A stretch of DNA of 64,000 nucleotides from Anaerolineae bacterium (GTDB lineage Bacteria; Chloroflexota; Anaerolineae; SpSt-313), in NCBI GenBank assembly GCA_034428955.1, contig DAOUGZ010000316.1, positions 285 to 64,284 on the forward strand, in the 5' to 3' direction. This document shows positions 59,455-64,000 of the stretch, piece after piece (position 1 is the first letter of the stretch; every line of letters begins with the position of its first letter). A model generated the notes under the pieces. The model was not told where the DNA came from and did no database searches. It saw nothing but the letters and a program-made list of their open reading frames with translations. Made by a program: the position numbers and the translations under genes.

Positions 59455-59566
59455 GATTCGAAAGAACCAGGAATCAGGGAACCGAGAGCCCAGGCAGCGA
59501 GCCGCGCTCGCCCTGGGCAGCCGATTCCTCCGGTTCCTTTCCCGTTCGCTGATCGGAGACAGCATT

Positions 59567-61315
59567 ATGGAGACCATCCCTCATGCGGAACACCCCCGGC
59601 CGGACCTGCAGCGAGAGGTCTGGTGTACGCTCAATGGGCAGTGGGAGTTTGCGCCCGACCCCGAGGACCGGGGCCTGGCAGAGGAATGGTGGCAGCGCCC
59701 CGGCCTGCCCGGCCGCATCACGGTGCCCTACCCCATTGGGTCCGAGCTGAGCGGCGTTGAGGCCATCAATGCCCCCCACACTGTTTACTGGTACATGCGC
59801 CGCTTCGATCTGCCCCGCGAAATGCACGACCACATCGTCTACCTTCACTTTGGCGCTGCCGACTATCACGCACGGGCCTGGCTGAACGGCACCCTGCTGG
59901 GGGACCACGTCGGCGGCTATACGCCCTTTTCCTTTGATGTGAGTGAGACCGTGCAGCCACACGACAACCGTCTGGTGGTGCGCGTGGCAGACAGCCGCAG
60001 CCTCCGGCAGGTGCGAGGCAAACAGACGTGGCGCGCCGAGCCTTTTGCGATTTTCTATCCGGGCACGAGCGGCCTCTGGCAGAGTGTGTGGCTGGAGAGA
60101 TCGGGGCCGAGCCGGCTGACCGGCGTGCGCCTCTACCCGGACCTGAAAGCGGGCTGCTTCCACCTGCGCGCGGCCATCGAGCGGCCCGAGCCTGCCGCCT
60201 ACCTCGACGTTCGCGTCACCGGCCCCGACGGCCTACCCCAACCCCTGGCGCGCCTGGATGTCTCCGCCGGGCGCGCCGACGGTGTCATCCCCATCCGCGA
60301 CCCGCAGGCCTGGTCGCCCGAGGCGCCGCACCTCTACGAGCTGGAACTCGTCCTGCAGACGGCCTACGCGCAAGAGCTGGACCGCGTCCGCACCTACGGC
60401 GGCCTGCGGGAGATTGCCGTCGATGGCGGGCAGATATTACTGAACGGCAAGCCCCTCTACCAGCGGCTGCTCCTGGACCAGGGCTACTATCTCGGCGGAG
60501 GCTACACGCCGGCCGGCGACGGCGACTGGCGCCGCGATGTAGAGCTGGTCAAGGCCATGGGCTTCAATGGGCTGCGTATGCACCAAAAGCTGGAGGCGCC
60601 GCGCTTCCTCTACTGGTGCGACCGGCTGGGGGTGCTGGTGTGGTCGGAGCTGCCCTCGGCCTACTGGCCCGGGCGCGAGAGCCGGCGGCAGGTGGCCGAA
60701 CTCTTGCCGGCGATGATCGAACGCGACGGCAACCACCCATCGATCATCACCTGGGTGCTCTTTAACGAGAGCTGGGGCATCCATGACCTGAACTGGTCCG
60801 CCAAGGCGCGCGACGAGGTCGTGCAGCTCGTGTATCAGGCGCACAACTTGGACCCCTCGCGCCTGATCATCGACAACAGCGGCTTTGACCACCTCGAGAC
60901 CGACGTCATGGATATCCATCACTACCTGAGCGGGCTCGACGAGGCGGAGCGAATCTACGACCGGCTCGTGGCCGGCGAACTCTGGCGCCACGCCCTGCTA
61001 CCCGGCCTGCGCTACATGCTACAGCCGCAGCGGGCCTACAAGCCGCCTCTGGGCCCGCGCGTCCGCTATCAGGGCCAGCCGCTCTTTGTCAGCGAATACG
61101 GGGGCTTTGGCCACTATGAGAGCAGCGTGCCCGGAGGGCTCCTGGAGCAATACCAGGCAGCCACCCTGGCCATCGCCCGGCGGCCCGCCTTCCAGGGGTT
61201 CTGCTACACCCAGATGTACGACACCTACCAAGAGCGGAACGGCCTGCTGACCTTTGAGCGCGAGCCCAAAGTGCCCCTTGAGGCGCTGCGCGCCTTCAAC
61301 GAGAGCTTGCCCTAG
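59567..61315 (+). CDS. Glycoside hydrolase family 2 (582 aa, beta-galactosidase/glucuronidase-like core)
   Basis: WLNGTLLGDHVGGYTPFSFDV, NGLRMHQK, HPSIITWVLFNESWG. Confidence 0.85.
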   Translation: METIPHAEHPRPDLQREVWCTLNGQWEFAPDPEDRGLAEEWWQRPGLPGRITVPYPIGSELSGVEAINAPHTVYWYMRRFDLPREMHDHIVYLHFGAADYHARAWLNGTLLGDHVGGYTPFSFDVSETVQPHDNRLVVRVADSRSLRQVRGKQTWRAEPFAIFYPGTSGLWQSVWLERSGPSRLTGVRLYPDLKAGCFHLRAAIERPEPAAYLDVRVTGPDGLPQPLARLDVSAGRADGVIPIRDPQAWSPEAPHLYELELVLQTAYAQELDRVRTYGGLREIAVDGGQILLNGKPLYQRLLLDQGYYLGGGYTPAGDGDWRRDVELVKAMGFNGLRMHQKLEAPRFLYWCDRLGVLVWSELPSAYWPGRESRRQVAELLPAMIERDGNHPSIITWVLFNESWGIHDLNWSAKARDEVVQLVYQAHNLDPSRLIIDNSGFDHLETDVMDIHHYLSGLDEAERIYDRLVAGELWRHALLPGLRYMLQPQRAYKPPLGPRVRYQGQPLFVSEYGGFGHYESSVPGGLLEQYQAATLAIARRPAFQGFCYTQMYDTYQERNGLLTFEREPKVPLEALRAFNESLP

Positions 61316-61350
61316 CTGCCTACCGCAAATGGAATGCGCGCAAAAGCGGA

Positions 61351-61379
61351 TTGACAGCCCGCAGACATGGCAGTATAAT
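61351..61379 (+). promoter_or_regulatory. Sigma70 promoter TTGACA, 17-nt spacer, TATAAT for the pheST leader
   Basis: TTGACA at 61351-61356 and TATAAT at 61374-61379. Confidence 0.6.
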
Positions 61380-61384
61380 GCGAA

Positions 61385-61700
61385 CAACCAATGGCCATGA
61401 CGGAGAGAGTAGGCACGAGAAAGCCGCCAGGGAGAGGGGGCCACCGACTGCAAGCCCCCTTGGGCCGAACCGTGCTGAAATTCACTCCCGAGCCGGGCGG
61501 GGGAAAGCGCCTGCAGGCGCGAGTAGTTCGCCCCGGAGGCCCACCGTTACAGGGGCAGCCGGTAATCCGCAGCTTTGGGCTGCGGCCGCCGGCGAGAAGA
61601 GAGGGCCTGCTATCCGGCGGGCCAAGCGGGGTGGTACCGCGGAGTGCGCACGGCCGCACCTTCGTCCCCAGACGAGGGTTGCCGGCCGTTTTTTTTGTTA
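61385..61700 (+). promoter_or_regulatory. T-box riboswitch leader (Phe) with intrinsic terminator
   Basis: AGAGAG element near the 5' end, T-box sequence GGGUGGUACCGCGG at about 61628-61641, and a terminator hairpin GCACGGCCGCACCTTCGTCCCCAGACGAGGGTTGCCGGCCG followed by T8 (61648-61699). Located upstream of pheS. Confidence 0.65.
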
Positions 61701-61715
61701 GAGTGGAGGCCGCAT

Positions 61716-62744
61716 ATGCAAGAGCAACTGAGAGCCATGGAGAAGCAGGCCCTTGCCGCCCTGGAGCAGGCCGGTGACCTATCGGCCGTAGAGGAGTGGC
61801 GGGTAGCCTACCTGGGCAAGAAGGGGGCGCTGTCGCAGATTCTGCGCGGGCTTGGGCGCCTGAGCCCCCAGGAGCGCCCGGCCGCCGGCCAGGCCGCCAA
61901 CCGGGCCAAAAACGCGCTGGAGACGGCCTATGAGTCGCGCAAGGCGGTCCTCGAGCAAGAGGCCATCGCCCAGGCCTTTCGCGCCGAGGCGGTCGATGTC
62001 ACCCTGCCCGGGCGCCCGCCGGCGCTGGGGCGGCTGCACATCAGCACCCGCTCGCTGCGCGAGATCTATGACATCTTTGGCCGCATGGGGTTCAGCGTCT
62101 ACGAAACGCGAGAAGTCGAGACCGACGAGATCAATTTCCAGGCACTCAACATCCCGCCGCACCACCCGGCGCGCGACATGTGGAGCACCTTCTACACCGA
62201 CCGCGAGGGGGTCGTGCTGCGCACCCATACCTCGCCGGGCCAGATACACGTCATGCGCCAACTGCATCCGGCGCCCATCCGCGCCATCCTGCCGGGCAAG
62301 GTCTACCGCTACGAGCAGGTATCGGCGCGCTACGAGTTCATGCTGCACCAGGTTGAGGGGGTGGCAGTCGGCAAGAACATCCACATGAGCGACCTGAAGG
62401 GCGTGCTGGTAGCCTTTGCCCAGCAGATGTTCGCCGGCATGCGCCGCTGGCGCTTCCGCGGCAGCTATTTCCCCTTCACCGAGCCGAGCATGGAGATGGA
62501 CATCGAGTGCGTGCTCTGCGGCGGCGCGGGCTGCCGCGTGTGCAAGTATTCGGGCTGGGTCGAGATCCTCGGCTGCGGCATGGTCCACCCGCAGGTGCTG
62601 CGCAACGGGGGCTACGACCCCGAGGTCTATAGCGGCTTTGCCTTCGGCATGGGCGCCGAGCGGATCACCATGATCAAGTACGGGATCAACGACATCCGCT
62701 ACTTCTTTGGCAATGATCCGAGGTTCTTGGCCCAGTTCGGATGA
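61716..62744 (+). CDS. pheS: Phenylalanine--tRNA ligase alpha subunit
   Basis: Class II motifs (FRxE-like HPARDMWSTFY, GFAFGMGAERI). ATG 61716 after GGAGG. The tracked ORF start at 61575 lies within the leader. Confidence 0.95.
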   Translation: MQEQLRAMEKQALAALEQAGDLSAVEEWRVAYLGKKGALSQILRGLGRLSPQERPAAGQAANRAKNALETAYESRKAVLEQEAIAQAFRAEAVDVTLPGRPPALGRLHISTRSLREIYDIFGRMGFSVYETREVETDEINFQALNIPPHHPARDMWSTFYTDREGVVLRTHTSPGQIHVMRQLHPAPIRAILPGKVYRYEQVSARYEFMLHQVEGVAVGKNIHMSDLKGVLVAFAQQMFAGMRRWRFRGSYFPFTEPSMEMDIECVLCGGAGCRVCKYSGWVEILGCGMVHPQVLRNGGYDPEVYSGFAFGMGAERITMIKYGINDIRYFFGNDPRFLAQFG

Positions 62745-62753
62745 GCGGGGATG

Positions 62754-62773
62754 AAACGTCACGCGTGACGTTT
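62754..62773. other. Perfect 20-bp palindrome AAACGTCACGCGTGACGTTT in the pheS-pheT intercistronic spacer
   Basis: Seen directly in the sequence. It shares the ACGTCA/TGACGT core with the repeats at 57290 and 58360. Confidence 0.5.
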
Positions 62774-62792
62774 GATGCAGAGGAGCATTATT

Positions 62793-64000
62793 ATGCGCGT
62801 GCCACTAAGCTGGCTAAAGGAATATGTAGATATCGTCCTCCCGGTAGAGGAATTGGCCGACCGGCTCACCCTGGCCGGCCTGGAGGTAGAGCGCATCGAG
62901 CGCATCGGCGACTTTTGGGACCGCGACAAGATTTTCGTCGGCGAGGTGCGCGAGGTGCGGCCCCACCCCAATGCCGACCGGCTGGTCATTGCCGTGGTGG
63001 ACTATGGTGCCGCCGAGCCGATGGCGGTGGTCACGGGGGCGCCCAATCTAAAGCCCGGCGACCGGGGCATCAAGGTCGCCTTCGCCATCTCCGGCGCACG
63101 GGTCATCGATGGCCACGCCGAGGAATTCCGCATGATGACCCTCAAGCCGGGCAAGATCCGCGGGGTGCGTTCCGCGGGCATGGTCCTCTCGGAGAAGGAG
63201 CTGGGCATCTCGCAAGCCCACGAGGGGATCATCGAGCTGGCGCCCGACGCGCCGGTAGGCCGGCCCCTGGTCGACTATCTGGGTGACACCATCCTGGATA
63301 TCGAGCTGACGCCCAACCTGGCCTATGCTCTCTCCATCACCGGCATCGCCCGCGAGGTCGCGGCCCTGACCGGCCAGGAGCTACGCTTGCCCGCCCCCAC
63401 CGAGCACGGCACGGGCGACCCCGCAGCCGGGCAGGCCACAGTCGAAATCCTCGACCCGGACCTCTGCCCGCGCTATATCGCGGCGATCATCCGCAACGTG
63501 GAGATCGGCCCGTCGCCCGATTGGATGCAGCGCCGCTTGACCCTGGCGGGCATGCGGCCGATCAACAATGTCGTCGATATCACCAACTATGTGATGCTCG
63601 AGCTGGGGCAGCCGCTGCATGCCTTCGACCTGGACCTGCTGCGCGGCAAGGAGCCCGGTGGTGCGCCGGCGATCATCGTTCGTCGTGCCCATCCGGGCGA
63701 GCGCATGGTCACACTAGACAAGGTGGAGCGCACCCTCGACGAACAGATGCTGCTCATCACCGACGGCGCCGGGCCGGTGGCCATTGCCGGCGTGATGGGT
63801 GGCCTGGAAAGCGAGGTCACCGAGCAGACGCGCCACGTCCTGCTGGAGGCGGCCAATTTCAACAACCTGAGTGTGCGGCGGACCTCGCAACTGCTCAAGC
63901 TGGCCAGCGAGGCCGCGTATCGCTTCGGGCGCGGGCTCGACCCCGAGCTGCCGCCCCTGGCCGCCCTGCGTGCCGCCGAGCTGATGCGGCAGTATGCCGG
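62793..64000 (+). CDS. pheT: Phenylalanine--tRNA ligase beta subunit (5' partial; runs off window)
   Basis: [13 protein letters not shown]... canonical PheT N-terminus, tRNA-binding and B3/4 domains. AGGAG RBS. No stop within the window, so it is absent from the ORF track. Confidence 0.9.
   Translation, partial: MRVPLSWLKEYVDIVLPVEELADRLTLAGLEVERIERIGDFWDRDKIFVGEVREVRPHPNADRLVIAVVDYGAAEPMAVVTGAPNLKPGDRGIKVAFAISGARVIDGHAEEFRMMTLKPGKIRGVRSAGMVLSEKELGISQAHEGIIELAPDAPVGRPLVDYLGDTILDIELTPNLAYALSITGIAREVAALTGQELRLPAPTEHGTGDPAAGQATVEILDPDLCPRYIAAIIRNVEIGPSPDWMQRRLTLAGMRPINNVVDITNYVMLELGQPLHAFDLDLLRGKEPGGAPAIIVRRAHPGERMVTLDKVERTLDEQMLLITDGAGPVAIAGVMGGLESEVTEQTRHVLLEAANFNNLSVRRTSQLLKLASEAAYRFGRGLDPELPPLAALRAAELMRQYA

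Overview
This 64 kb window is a high-GC (roughly 65%) bacterial chromosomal segment with GGAGG-type ribosome-binding sites and frequent GTG/TTG starts. Gene content suggests a Chloroflexota-like organism, but that is a guess. I found no rRNA or tRNA genes, no CRISPR array and no obvious transposase or integrase.

Content in order:
- Two convergent hybrid sensor histidine kinases.
- A small zinc-ribbon membrane protein gene and a roughly 225-bp imperfect palindromic element.
- ybaK-like deacylase, pcrA, pyrG, an SPT-like alpha-oxoamine synthase, an ABC-2 exporter and a MacAB-like HlyD/ABC/FtsX efflux set.
- A minus-strand block: gcvPB-gcvPA-gcvH-gcvT with a long leader, a DSD1-like PLP enzyme, a TauE/SafE exporter, an OtnK-family four-carbon acid-sugar kinase and an IclR regulator.
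- A plus-strand sugar-ABC locus (substrate-binding protein, two permeases) with a large GH20/67/115-like protein of undetermined family, an FAD oxidoreductase and glyoxylate carboligase.
- A long co-directional minus-strand locus (36062-54864): LacI, sugar ABC transporter, three paralogous uroporphyrinogen decarboxylase-like (URO-D-like) proteins, MDR and Gfo/Idh/MocA dehydrogenases, GH29 fucosidase, GH2, isochorismatase, split transketolase, racemase-family protein and MBL hydrolase. This is the most likely candidate for an undescribed catabolic system.
- IMPase, SpoU methyltransferase, a multi-zinc-ribbon protein, a radical SAM protein flanked by two copies of a palindromic repeat, a UbiA prenyltransferase, a second GH2, then a T-box leader with pheS and partial pheT.

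The high GC generates many long antisense ORFs in the track, which I reject. Several tracked ORFs also have spurious N-terminal extensions, which I trimmed using RBS and start-codon evidence.
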